Source of the DNA: Burkholderiales bacterium
GTDB lineage: Bacteria; Pseudomonadota; Gammaproteobacteria; Burkholderiales; Usitatibacteraceae
Assembly (NCBI GenBank): GCA_038227085.1
Contig: JBBRQA010000001.1
Location: 1,090 to 65,089, forward strand
DNA length: 64,000 nucleotides
Direction: 5' to 3'
Positions within the stretch are counted from its first letter, which is position 1. Each line of letters begins with the position of its first letter. The notes under the pieces are model-generated. The model was not told the DNA's origin. It saw nothing but the letters and a program-made list of their open reading frames with translations, and made no database searches. Both the position numbers and the translations under genes were made by a program. This document shows, in pieces, positions 28,683 to 38,934 of the stretch.

Positions 28683-29153
28683 TCACGAGGGCCGCGCGAC
28701 CATCAGCCAGAAGATCACGATCACGGCGAGGAAGGCCGGCCAGCCCAGCACGAACCAGCGGCGCGCCAGGCGGTGGAATTCCTCGGGCAGGGCGCTCGAT
28801 TCGCGCAGGCACTTCACGGCGAGGTCGCGCATGCGGATCTGGATGAAGACCACCGGAATCCAGCAAGCGCCCGCGGCGAGGTAAAGGATGGTCGAATAAA
28901 CGATCCACGGCGACCGGAGCGGGTAGCCCGCGCCGAGCGCGAGCCCGATGCCGGTCAGCGGCTGCAGGGCAACCGCGGGCAGCGTGAAGGCGAAGTCGGC
29001 GATCACCGTGGCGCGCCCCGCGGCAGCGATGACGGCCACGTTGGCCCCGCGCAATGCCAGCCAGAAATTGAACGCGATGCCCAGGCCCGTTCCGAAGAGG
29101 ATCGCCGCGCCCAGGATGTGAAGCCACTCGAGGAGGACGAAGTACTCGATCAT
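28683..29153 (-). CDS. DUF2269 family integral membrane protein
   Basis: 156 aa with four predicted TM helices (WLHILGAAILFGTGLG...). Internal ATG at 29153. Confidence 0.65.
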   Translation of the reverse strand: MIEYFVLLEWLHILGAAILFGTGLGIAFNFWLALRGANVAVIAAAGRATVIADFAFTLPAVALQPLTGIGLALGAGYPLRSPWIVYSTILYLAAGACWIPVVFIQIRMRDLAVKCLRESSALPEEFHRLARRWFVLGWPAFLAVIVIFWLMVARPS

Positions 29154-29155
29154 GT

Positions 29156-30439
29156 TCAGCGATCCTCCTCGATCGCGCCCAGCGCCAGCACCGCGGCGAC
29201 CACCGGGATGTTCTTCAGCAGGGGCCCGAGGGATTCGAGCCACAGCGAGGGCCACAGAATCGTCGCGATCGCCGTGTAGGCGAGGATCGTCGCGGCCTGG
29301 ATCGCCGCGAGCCTGCGCGGCCTCCAGCGGCGCACGAGGAGGCAAGCGAGCGCGATGTCGAAGACGCATGCCGCGATGAGCGCCGCGCCGGCCACCACGA
29401 AAGGCACGCCGAGCGTCGAGGCGAGGAGGGGCGTCCACTCGCGCAGGCCATCCAATCCCGCGAATCCCGACGCGATCCAAAGGAGGGCGAGCGATGCGCG
29501 GAGCAGCGGCCGCACGAAGTAGAGGCGCGCGTGCCACCGATCCTGCGCATGCGCGGGCTGGGCGGCGAGTGCGGCTTTCCAGGAGAGTGCCTCGATGCCG
29601 GTGGTGGCGCGAAACGCCTCGTAGTCGCCGGTGTTGCCGTGCTCCATCTGCGCGAGCGCGGTCGAGTTGAGCGGGCCGCCCAGGCGGTCCGCGAGGCGCG
29701 CCGCCGCCTTCACCAGCGGGCGCGGAATGTAAAGCAAGCGTGCCATGCCGAATCCCAGCCAGCGCCGGTAGTCCACGAGGATTTCGCTGAGCGTGATGGC
29801 GTCGGGGCCGACCGGGTCGATGGTCTTGCCGACCAGGCGATCGTCCTCGAGCGCGAGCGCGACAACGCGCGTGACGTCGTCCATGTGGATCGGCTGGAAG
29901 CGTTGGCGGCCTTCGGCCGGAACCGGGATCGCGAAGGGGAAAGCCGCGATCGCGCGCAACGCCGCCGTGCCGCCGTAAGCGCCGCGCGCGTGCACGAGGG
30001 AAGGGCGCACCACCACCCAGTCGAGAGCGCTCGCGCGCAAGTGATCGTCGGCGGCGAGCTTGCTGAGCGCGTACGCGGTGCCCGCCGAGCATTGCGCGCT
30101 GATCGCCGAAATCTGCACCATGCGCCGTACGCCGGCGCGCTCGCACGCGTCGAAGAGCGCGATCGGCGAGCGGCGGTGGATGGCGTCGATCGACTGTGCG
30201 CGCGTGCCCTGGAGCACGCCGGCGCAATTCACCACCGCGTCGATTCCGGCGAGTCGCGGCAGCCACGCCGCCGCGTCGACGTCGGCATTCATGTCGATCG
30301 CGATGGCGGGCTCGGCCGCGAAGGGCGGGGCGGCGGCCGGATCGCGCACCGCGGCGACCACGCGATGGCCGCGCGCGGTGAGCGCGGCGAAGATCTCGCG
30401 CCCGATGAAGCCGCCCGCGCCGAGGAGGAGCACGCGCAT
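29156..30439 (-). CDS. NAD(P)-binding (atypical SDR/NmrA-like) domain fused to a DoxX-like membrane domain
   Basis: Rossmann motif LLLGAGGFIGREI, and a C-terminal ~130 aa with 4 TM helices. Confidence 0.7.
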   Translation of the reverse strand: MRVLLLGAGGFIGREIFAALTARGHRVVAAVRDPAAAPPFAAEPAIAIDMNADVDAAAWLPRLAGIDAVVNCAGVLQGTRAQSIDAIHRRSPIALFDACERAGVRRMVQISAISAQCSAGTAYALSKLAADDHLRASALDWVVVRPSLVHARGAYGGTAALRAIAAFPFAIPVPAEGRQRFQPIHMDDVTRVVALALEDDRLVGKTIDPVGPDAITLSEILVDYRRWLGFGMARLLYIPRPLVKAAARLADRLGGPLNSTALAQMEHGNTGDYEAFRATTGIEALSWKAALAAQPAHAQDRWHARLYFVRPLLRASLALLWIASGFAGLDGLREWTPLLASTLGVPFVVAGAALIAACVFDIALACLLVRRWRPRRLAAIQAATILAYTAIATILWPSLWLESLGPLLKNIPVVAAVLALGAIEEDR

Positions 30440-30443
30440 CGAA

Positions 30444-31325
30444 TCAGGCCCCGGCGCCCGGCGGCGGCGGTGCGCCCGCGGGCCGCTTGTAGCGGTTGTA
30501 TCCCCACAGGTATTGCTCGGGGCACGAGCGCACCAGCTTCTCGACCATCGCGTTCACCAGCCGCGCGCTCTCGCGGCGATCGGCCGGCAATGCCTCCGCC
30601 AGCGCCTCCAGGTGCAGCGTGAAGCCCGCGGCGCCAGGGAGCCGCTGCGCGTAGCAGAAGACGAGCGCCGCATCGCTGGCTTCCCGCAGGCGGCCCACCA
30701 GCGTCATCGTGTACGCGGGACGCCCGAAGAAATCGACCCATTCCCCGTCTCCCAGCCCCGGCACCTGGTCGGGCAGGACGATGGTGCATCCGCCGCGCCG
30801 CAGGTGCTTCAGCACCATGCGCACCCCCGCGAGGGTCGCGGGCGCCACGTTGGAGCCGTCCGGAGCCGCGCCGCGGTCGCGCCCCTCGCGCATCATCTGG
30901 TCGAACCAGAAGACCTTGTGCGGCCGGTACATCGCGAGGATCGGCAGATGCGTCCAGAGATAGCGTCCCGCGACGTCATAGCCCCCCAGGTGCGGCGTGA
31001 CGAACACGATGGGCTTCCCCGCCGCGCGAAGCTTCTCGACCGCTTCCCAGCCCCTGCGCTCCTTCACCATTCCCGCCACCTGGTCGAGGGGCCGGAAGAG
31101 CGACCAGAGGAGCTCGGTCGCGCCCTTGCCGATCTCGGCGGCATTGAGCCATGCGAGGCGCTTCACGTCTTCCCGCGTGGCGCAAAGGCCGCTCGCCGAG
31201 AGGTTCTCGAGCACGCGCAGCCGGTAGCGCGGGGAGAGCGCGTAGACCAATCGGCCCAGGAACGCGCCCAGGGCATGGTTGACGCCGAGGGGCAGTCGGG
31301 CGAGCGGGCGGAGGAGAAGTTTCAA
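30444..31325 (-). CDS. lipid A biosynthesis acyltransferase, second LpxL/LpxM-family paralog
   Basis: TPHLGGYDVAG and C-terminal PEQYLWGYNRYK. Divergent from metK. Confidence 0.85.
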   Translation of the reverse strand: MKLLLRPLARLPLGVNHALGAFLGRLVYALSPRYRLRVLENLSASGLCATREDVKRLAWLNAAEIGKGATELLWSLFRPLDQVAGMVKERRGWEAVEKLRAAGKPIVFVTPHLGGYDVAGRYLWTHLPILAMYRPHKVFWFDQMMREGRDRGAAPDGSNVAPATLAGVRMVLKHLRRGGCTIVLPDQVPGLGDGEWVDFFGRPAYTMTLVGRLREASDAALVFCYAQRLPGAAGFTLHLEALAEALPADRRESARLVNAMVEKLVRSCPEQYLWGYNRYKRPAGAPPPPGAGA

Positions 31326-31389
31326 ATGAAGCCGGAGGGGGCGCGGTCTTTGCTAAAATAGCGCCTGTGCGACTGTGGGGTGACCCGAA

Positions 31390-32604
31390 ATGAAGAGTGA
31401 ATTCCTGTTTACGTCCGAGTCCGTCTCGGAAGGCCATCCGGACAAGGTTTCGGACCAGATTTCCGATGCGGTGCTGGACGCCATCTTAGCGCAGGACCCG
31501 CGCTCCCGAGTCGCGGCCGAGACCCTTTGCAACACCGGCCTGGTCGTGATGGCGGGTGAGATCACTACGCGCGCGAACGTGGACTACATCCAGGTCGCGC
31601 GCGAAACCATCAAGCGCATCGGCTACGACAATACCGACTACGGCATCGATTACCGCGGCTGCGCGGTGATGGTGTGCTACGACAAGCAAAGCCCCGATAT
31701 CGCTCAGGGCGTCGACAAGGCGTCCGACGACAATCTCGACCAGGGCGCCGGCGACCAGGGCCTCATGTTCGGCTACGCGTGCGACGAGACGCCGGTGCTC
31801 ATGCCCGCGCCGATCTATTACGCGCATCGCTTGGTCGAGCGCCAGGCGATGCTGCGCAAGGACGGGCGCCTGCCGTGGCTGCGTCCCGACGCGAAGAGCC
31901 AGGTAACGTTCAAGTACGTGGACGGCAAGCCCGCCGAGATCGACACGGTAGTCCTCTCCACGCAGCACTCGCCGGAGATGTCGGACGGCTTGCGAATGAA
32001 GCAGGAAGCCGTCGACGCGGTGATCGAGATGATCGTGAAGCCCGTGCTTCCGAAGGAGTGGTTGAAGAACACCAAGTACCTCGTGAATCCCACCGGGCGC
32101 TTCGTCGTCGGCGGGCCCCAGGGCGACTGCGGGCTCACCGGGCGCAAGATCATCGTCGACACGTACGGCGGCGCCTGCCCGCATGGCGGCGGCGCCTTCT
32201 CCGGCAAGGATCCGTCGAAGGTCGACCGTTCTGCCGCCTACGCCGCGCGCTACGTGGCGAAGAACATCGTCGCCGCGGGGCTCGCGCGCCAATGCGAGAT
32301 CCAGGTGAGCTACGCCATCGGCGTCGCGCGCCCGATCAACGTGACCGTCTACACCGAGGGCACGGGCGTGATCCCCGACGACAAGATCGCGCAGCTGATC
32401 CAGCAGCATTTCGACCTGCGCCCGAGGGGCATCGTGAAGATGCTGGATCTCCTCCGACCCATCTACGCCAAGACCGCCGCCTACGGGCACTTCGGCCGCG
32501 AGGAACCGGAGTTCACGTGGGAAGCGACCGACATGGCGTCGACGCTGCGCGACGCCGCGGGCATCAAGGGCGAGGCGAAGCGCGCCATGGCGGCGGCCGA
32601 CTGA
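31390..32604 (+). CDS. metK: S-adenosylmethionine synthase
   Basis: [48 protein letters not shown]. Confidence 0.97.
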   Translation: MKSEFLFTSESVSEGHPDKVSDQISDAVLDAILAQDPRSRVAAETLCNTGLVVMAGEITTRANVDYIQVARETIKRIGYDNTDYGIDYRGCAVMVCYDKQSPDIAQGVDKASDDNLDQGAGDQGLMFGYACDETPVLMPAPIYYAHRLVERQAMLRKDGRLPWLRPDAKSQVTFKYVDGKPAEIDTVVLSTQHSPEMSDGLRMKQEAVDAVIEMIVKPVLPKEWLKNTKYLVNPTGRFVVGGPQGDCGLTGRKIIVDTYGGACPHGGGAFSGKDPSKVDRSAAYAARYVAKNIVAAGLARQCEIQVSYAIGVARPINVTVYTEGTGVIPDDKIAQLIQQHFDLRPRGIVKMLDLLRPIYAKTAAYGHFGREEPEFTWEATDMASTLRDAAGIKGEAKRAMAAAD

Positions 32605-32620
32605 CGTCATCCCCGCGGCG

Positions 32621-33247
32621 TTAGTTGAAGTGCTTGCTGAAAACGGCGGCCACCTTCGGGGTGGCCGCGGTCTTTTCGGCGATCGCGAATAGCTTCGGCG
32701 CGTGGGCCGCGAACCACTTCCGACCCGGCCTCCAGTAGGTCATCGCGGCGACATAGAGGTCGAGCCCGCTCATTTTCTCACCGAGGAACCACGGCCCCCC
32801 GGCCGCCGCTTCGACTTGCCGCCACAGGTTCTCGCGGTGGCGGTCTGTGCTCTCGCGCAGCTGCCTGGCGCCTTCCTCGTTCGCCACCCACTTCGCGGTG
32901 TCGTCGCCGTAGGTGAACGTGGGATACAGGGCGGCGACGACGAACACGGCCCAGCGGTAGAACTCCGCGCGTTTCGGATCTCCGCGCGGCGGGATGATGC
33001 CAGCCTGCGGCGCGAGGTCGTGCACGTAGTGCAGCATCGCGAGGCTTTCGGTCATCACCGTGCCGTCGGGCAGCACCAGAGCGGGCACCTGCCCGAGCGG
33101 ATTGACCGAGAGGAGGCGATCGCGCGTGGCGCTCCCCGGCGAGTAGTCCACCTCCTCGTAGTCGAACGGCACGCCGGCCAGCACCAGCGCGCTCTCCACG
33201 ATGACGTTCCCGCAACCCTTGCAGGCCAGCAGAAGCGCTTTCTCCAC
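32621..33247 (-). CDS. glutathione S-transferase family protein
   Basis: Thioredoxin-like N-terminus (NPLGQVPALVLPDGTVMTESLAMLHY) plus a helical C-terminal domain. Confidence 0.75.
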   Translation of the reverse strand: MEKALLLACKGCGNVIVESALVLAGVPFDYEEVDYSPGSATRDRLLSVNPLGQVPALVLPDGTVMTESLAMLHYVHDLAPQAGIIPPRGDPKRAEFYRWAVFVVAALYPTFTYGDDTAKWVANEEGARQLRESTDRHRENLWRQVEAAAGGPWFLGEKMSGLDLYVAAMTYWRPGRKWFAAHAPKLFAIAEKTAATPKVAAVFSKHFN

Positions 33248-33296
33248 AGGTCCCCCGGAATGATGGATTGGCCCAAATCATTTACAATAGCGGTCG

Positions 33297-33364
33297 TTCG
33301 AGGAGCGTTGCAACAGCCGGGTTGTTACCGGCTGCCAGGCTCGAACTTTCCAAAACCGCGCTCG
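33297..33364 (+). promoter_or_regulatory. SAH (S-adenosylhomocysteine) riboswitch in the ahcY leader
   Basis: UUCGAGGAGCGUUGCAAC-[AGCCGG GUUGUUA CCGGCU]-GCCAGGCUCGAAC...AACCGCGCUCG matches the conserved SAH-element core and pseudoknot. It lies about 90 nt upstream of ahcY. Confidence 0.8.
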
Positions 33365-33452
33365 TTATCCGTGACCCGATCACGGGAGACGAGACCGCTA
33401 CCCGCCGCCCCTCTCCCGCGTTCAGGCCACCTTTGACGAAAAGGGACCCACC

Positions 33453-34886
<1,434 letters not shown>

Positions 34887-34894
34887 AAGAGCTC

Positions 34895-35740
34895 GTGCAA
34901 TCCCAGCGCGCCCACCGGCGCGTCTTCAGCTTCGAGTTCTTCCCGCCCAAGTCGCCGGAAGGCGCCGAAAAACTGCGCGCGACGCGAAAGCAGCTCGCGC
35001 AGCTGAACCCGGCGTTCTTCTCGGTGACTTTCGGGGCGGGCGGGTCGACGCGCGAGGGCACGCTCTCCGCGGTGCTCGAGATTCGCCGCGATGGCCATCA
35101 CGCGGCGCCGCACCTTTCGTGCGTCGCCTCGACGCGCGCGAGCCTGCGCGAAGTGATCGCCCAGTACAAGGCGAACGACATCCGCCACATCGTGGCGCTG
35201 CGCGGCGACATGCCGTCGGGCATCGCGAGCGGCGGCGAGCTGCGCTACGCCTCGGATCTGGTGCGCTTCATCCGCGAGGAGACCGGCGACTGGTTCAATA
35301 TCGAGGTGGCGTGCTACCCCGAATACCACCCGCAGGCAAGGAAGCCGCAGCAGGACCTGATGGCGTTCAAGGCCAAGATCGACGCGGGGGCCAATGGCGC
35401 GATCACCCAGTACTTCTACAACGCCGATTCGTACTTCCATTTCGTCGAGGATTGCGAGGCCCTGGGCATCTCGGTGCCGATCGTGCCCGGCATCATGCCG
35501 ATCAACAATTTCTCGCAGCTGGCGCGCTTCTCCGACGCCTGCGGCGCGGAGATCCCGCGCTGGATTCGCCTGAAGCTCGAGGGTTACGGCGACGATTCCG
35601 CCTCGATCAAGGCCTTCGGCCTCGACGTGGTGACGGAGCTCTGCGACCGCCTGCTCGAGGGCGGCGCGCCGGGGCTGCATTTCTACACGATGAACATGGC
35701 CGGGCCCACCTCCACCATCTGGCAACGACTCGGTTTGTAA
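34895..35740 (+). CDS. metF: methylenetetrahydrofolate reductase
   Basis: FSFEFFPPK...FFSVTFGAGGSTR...HLSC...ALRGD...TQYFYN. GTG start 9 nt after the ahcY stop. Confidence 0.92.
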   Translation: MQSQRAHRRVFSFEFFPPKSPEGAEKLRATRKQLAQLNPAFFSVTFGAGGSTREGTLSAVLEIRRDGHHAAPHLSCVASTRASLREVIAQYKANDIRHIVALRGDMPSGIASGGELRYASDLVRFIREETGDWFNIEVACYPEYHPQARKPQQDLMAFKAKIDAGANGAITQYFYNADSYFHFVEDCEALGISVPIVPGIMPINNFSQLARFSDACGAEIPRWIRLKLEGYGDDSASIKAFGLDVVTELCDRLLEGGAPGLHFYTMNMAGPTSTIWQRLGL

Positions 35741-35784
35741 GGGCTGGCGCTACAATCCCGGCATAGACAGGCCAGGGAGCCCGC

Positions 35785-37020
35785 TTGAAAAAGACCGCCA
35801 GCAAGCCGAGCGTCGCAGTGCCCCAGGCGAGCTCCTCGCTTGCTTCCCAGATCCGCGCCCTGCCGCCCAACGAGGCCGCCGCCCTCGTCGAGCGCGCCGT
35901 GCCCGCCGAAGCGGTGGAGGCGCTGTTGCAGTTGAACCCCGCGATCGTGCAGGACATCCTGCGCGAGCTCGAGTCCGGCCCGCGCCGCTTCATCACCGCG
36001 TCGGCGCCTCCTGAAGTGGCCGAGCAGTGGAGGCGCAACACGAAATATCCGAAGGGCACCATCGGGCAGCTGATGGAGCCGCCGCTGTCGGTATTCAGCC
36101 CCGATATGACGGTGGGCGAGGCGATCGAGGCCCTGCGCCCGCTGGTGAGGAGCGCTTTCGTGACCTACGTCTACGTGGTCGACGCCGACGGCAGCCTGGG
36201 TGGCCTCGTCACCATGCGCGACCTCCTCTTCAACGACAGGAAGGCGCGCCTCGCCGATGTCATGCTCGCCAACCCGTTCTCGCTGAGCCCCGGCCTCACC
36301 CTCCAGGAGGCGATGAAGCTCACGGTCAACAAGCACTTCCCGCAATACCCGGTCAGCGATGCGGACGGGCGCCTGGTGGGGCTGGTGCGCGGCGCGGCGC
36401 TGTTCGAGCTCGAGGCGTTCGAGATCACCGCGCAGGCGGGCGCGATGGTCGGTGTGGAGAAGGAGGAACGCGTCTCCACCTCGATCGCGCAGAGCTTCAA
36501 GTATCGCAACCCGTGGCTCCTCATCAACCTCATCACCGCCTTCGCGGCGGGTGGCGTGGTCGCCGTCTTCCAGGGCACGCTCGACAAGCTCGTCATCCTC
36601 GCGACCTTCCTGCCGGTGCTCGCCGGGCAGTCGGGCAACACCGGCTGCCAGGCGCTCGCGGTCACGGTGCGCGGCATCACGCTGGGCGACATCAAGTCGG
36701 GCGGCGGCAAGCTCCTCATGACGAAGGAGGCGCTCCTCGGCCTCGCCAACGGCGCGGTCACCGGCGTGCTGTGCGGCATCGCCATGTACATCTACGCGTG
36801 GTCGCAGGATTCCCCGCATGCGCTGATGCTCGGCATCGTCGTCGTGATCGCGATGATCGGCAGCTGCGCGGTGAGCGGGATCTCCGGGGCGCTGGTGCCG
36901 CTCGCGCTGAAGCGCCTAGGCGCCGATCCCGCGACTGCATCGAGCATCATCGTGACCACGGCCACCGACGTGACCAGCATGGGCCTGCTGCTGGCGCTGG
37001 CTACCGTGATGGTTCGCTGA
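35785..37020 (+). CDS. mgtE: magnesium transporter MgtE
   Basis: CBS pair region followed by a C-terminal TM domain (LPVLAGQSGNTGCQALAV, IVTTATDVTSM). TTG start. Confidence 0.88.
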   Translation: MKKTASKPSVAVPQASSSLASQIRALPPNEAAALVERAVPAEAVEALLQLNPAIVQDILRELESGPRRFITASAPPEVAEQWRRNTKYPKGTIGQLMEPPLSVFSPDMTVGEAIEALRPLVRSAFVTYVYVVDADGSLGGLVTMRDLLFNDRKARLADVMLANPFSLSPGLTLQEAMKLTVNKHFPQYPVSDADGRLVGLVRGAALFELEAFEITAQAGAMVGVEKEERVSTSIAQSFKYRNPWLLINLITAFAAGGVVAVFQGTLDKLVILATFLPVLAGQSGNTGCQALAVTVRGITLGDIKSGGGKLLMTKEALLGLANGAVTGVLCGIAMYIYAWSQDSPHALMLGIVVVIAMIGSCAVSGISGALVPLALKRLGADPATASSIIVTTATDVTSMGLLLALATVMVR

Positions 37021-37029
37021 AGGACTATC

Positions 37030-37557
37030 ATGCCTGCCATGACACCTCGCGCCCTCGCGTTCGTCCTCGCCCTCCTGCTCGCGCCATTCGCGTGGGCCGA
37101 GGAGCAGGCGTTCACCAACCGCGCCACCGACCTGCGGGAGCGCGGCTCCAACGACGCGAGAGTGATCGCGACGCTTCCCGAGAAGACCGAGGTGAGAGTC
37201 CTGGCCCGCGGCGGCGGCTGGACCCAGGTGGATGCCGCCGGCAAGAGCGGCTGGGTGAACGTATTCCACCTGCGTTTCCCGACGACCGTCGACTCGAAGT
37301 CGTCCGGCGGCGGCAATCCTTTCTCCAGCGTGACGTCTTTCCTGGGTGGCGGGCGCCAGACCGAGAAGAAGGCCACCATCGCCACCACCGGGATCCGCGG
37401 GCTTTCGCCCGAGGACCTGAAGAACGCGGCGCCCGATGCCGCGGCGCTCGCGAAGGCGCACTCCTATCGAGCCGACAAGCCCACCGCGGAGCGCTTCGCG
37501 CGCGAAGGCAAGCTGAGCGCGGTGTCCGTGGACAATCCGCAAGGAGAACGTCGATGA
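37030..37557 (+). CDS. secreted SH3 domain protein
   Basis: Signal peptide ALLLAPFAWA|EE, and a bacterial SH3-like segment (ATLPEKTEVRVLARGGGWTQVDAAGKSGWV). Confidence 0.7.
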   Translation: MPAMTPRALAFVLALLLAPFAWAEEQAFTNRATDLRERGSNDARVIATLPEKTEVRVLARGGGWTQVDAAGKSGWVNVFHLRFPTTVDSKSSGGGNPFSSVTSFLGGGRQTEKKATIATTGIRGLSPEDLKNAAPDAAALAKAHSYRADKPTAERFAREGKLSAVSVDNPQGERR

Positions 37558-38438
37558 AGCGAATCGTCCTGATCGCCGTGCTTCTCGCGGCCCTGCCGCT
37601 TCACGCCCAGTTCGGCGGCTTCGACCTCGGCAAGGTGATCGACATCGGCAAGAAGGCGGTCGACCAGGGAAGCCCGATGGGCAAGGAGTTCTCGCAGGAA
37701 GACGAGATCGGACTGGGCGACGCGCTCACCGCGAGTTTCCTCGGCGCCTCGCCCCTGTCGCAGGACGCGAGCCTGCAGCGCTACGTGAACCGCGTCGGCA
37801 AGTGGATCGCGATGCACAGCGAGCGGGCCGACCTGCCGTGGACCTTCACCGTGATCGACACGGAGACGATCAACGCTTTCGCCATGCCCGGCGGATCGAT
37901 CATCGTCTCGAGCGGCCTCATCAAGCGGCTCGGGAGCGAATCGGAGCTCGCGGGCGTGCTCGCGCACGAGATCGCGCACGTCGTGAAGAGGCACCAGCTC
38001 GCGGCGATCCAATCGGGAATGAAGGCGGATTTCTGGAAGGGCGTCGGCACTTCCGTGGTGGCCGACCGCGTGAAGATCGGCGGCGGAGCCGTCGGCAGCG
38101 CGGTGGGCCAGATCGCCAAGCCCTACATCCTCGATGCGGCGGGCAACCTGATCAAGGATGGATTCTTCCTGCGCCCCCTTGATCGCGGGATGGAGTCCGA
38201 GGCCGACCAGTTGGCGATCGTCCTCGCGGTCCGCAGCGGCTACGACGCGTACGGACTCGTTTCCGCGCTGCAGATGCTCGCGCTGTACAAGGGAGATGCC
38301 GACGCGGCTTCCGTGTTCAGCACGCATCCGTCGGCGACCGACCGCATCGCGGACCTCGAGCCGTTCGTGCCCACGGTGGCGCAATACGCGAAGCAGCCGC
38401 AGCTCCTCGAGGCACGGTATAAGCAGAACGTCAGGTAA
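37554..38438 (+). CDS. M48 family metallopeptidase (periplasmic)
   Basis: Signal peptide, NAFAMPGG and HExxH (LAHEIAHVVKRH). ATGA overlap with the SH3 gene. Confidence 0.88.
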   Translation: MKRIVLIAVLLAALPLHAQFGGFDLGKVIDIGKKAVDQGSPMGKEFSQEDEIGLGDALTASFLGASPLSQDASLQRYVNRVGKWIAMHSERADLPWTFTVIDTETINAFAMPGGSIIVSSGLIKRLGSESELAGVLAHEIAHVVKRHQLAAIQSGMKADFWKGVGTSVVADRVKIGGGAVGSAVGQIAKPYILDAAGNLIKDGFFLRPLDRGMESEADQLAIVLAVRSGYDAYGLVSALQMLALYKGDADAASVFSTHPSATDRIADLEPFVPTVAQYAKQPQLLEARYKQNVR

Positions 38439-38450
38439 TTCTCGCCCGCG

Positions 38451-38611
38451 CCATCCATCGAGCCCGGGATGAATCTCGAGGCGGCGCGATCGTTCCTGGA
38501 TAGGTGAGGGAGCTCGCTGCAAAAATTGCGCTCGAATTGCCGGGTTCTTCTCTAGAGCCAGCGGAAGTGACGCGCGCCTCTCGAGCTTCATCCCAAGGGC
38601 TCGATGGATGG
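38451..38611. repeat. MITE-like palindrome-ended repeat unit A1 (outer arms CCATCCATCG...CGATGGATGG)
   Basis: ~160 bp unit with ~30 bp terminal inverted repeats. Its core GCGCGATCGTTCCTGG...CTGCAAAAATTGCGCTC...GGAAGTGACGCGCGCCTCTCGAGCTTCATCCC is shared with 3 other copies. Confidence 0.85.
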
Positions 38612-38765
38612 CTCTCCGCGCACGTTTCCCACCGTTCTCCAGCGTTAGACGGATTCGCCAAAAGGAACGGCGATGCGCGACGCGTCTCGATTTGCAGCCC
38701 CTGCCAAGGGGATGCCGAACCGAGCGGCGATGCGAGGAGCATCAGAGTGCCCCCCCGCCTTGAGA
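38612..38765. repeat. repeat segment B1 (spacer of the composite repeat)
   Basis: Shares blocks such as GGCGATGCGCGACGCG and GAGCGGCGATGCGAGGAGCATCA with the reverse complement of 48337-48546. Confidence 0.7.
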
Positions 38766-38930
38766 GCCTCATTGAAGTGTTGGGATGAAGCTCGAGAGGC
38801 GCGCGTCACTTCCGGTCGATCGGAAGAAGAAGCCGCCCATTGGAGCGCAATCTTTGCAGCGACTTCCCTCACCTATCCAGGAACGATCGCGCCGGGTCGA
38901 GCTTCATCCCCACTTCTAATGAGGCGATAG
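38766..38930. repeat. MITE-like repeat unit A2 (outer arms CGCCTCATTGAAGTG...), inverted relative to A1
   Basis: Reverse-oriented copy of the same core. Its terminal arms are GCCTCATTGAAGTGTTGGGATGAAGCTCGAG / GTCGAGCTTCATCCCCACTTCTAATGAGGCGATAG. Confidence 0.85.
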
Positions 38931-38934
38931 ACAA

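Noticed and set aside
31326-31389. SAM riboswitch upstream of metK.
   Set aside because: The leader is ~64 nt in total and shows no SAM-II/SAM-V or SAM-I-like conserved pseudoknot motifs that I can recognise.
38504-38872. Small ORFs inside the repeat units (38504-38788+, 38645-38872-, 48453-48767-) share a peptide such as RE(V/L)AAKIAL(Q/E)...PEVTRASRAS, which could suggest a conserved micro-protein.
   Set aside because: The similarity is explained by nucleotide identity of the repeats. Copy A4 has a 1 nt deletion and copy A3 has substitutions that break or change the frame. No SD or start-codon conservation is seen. They are more likely non-coding.
38451-38930. Possible CRISPR array because of repeated sequence blocks.
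   Set aside because: The units are ~160 bp, inverted relative to each other and only two per locus. There is no short direct repeat and spacer periodicity, and no cas genes in the window.
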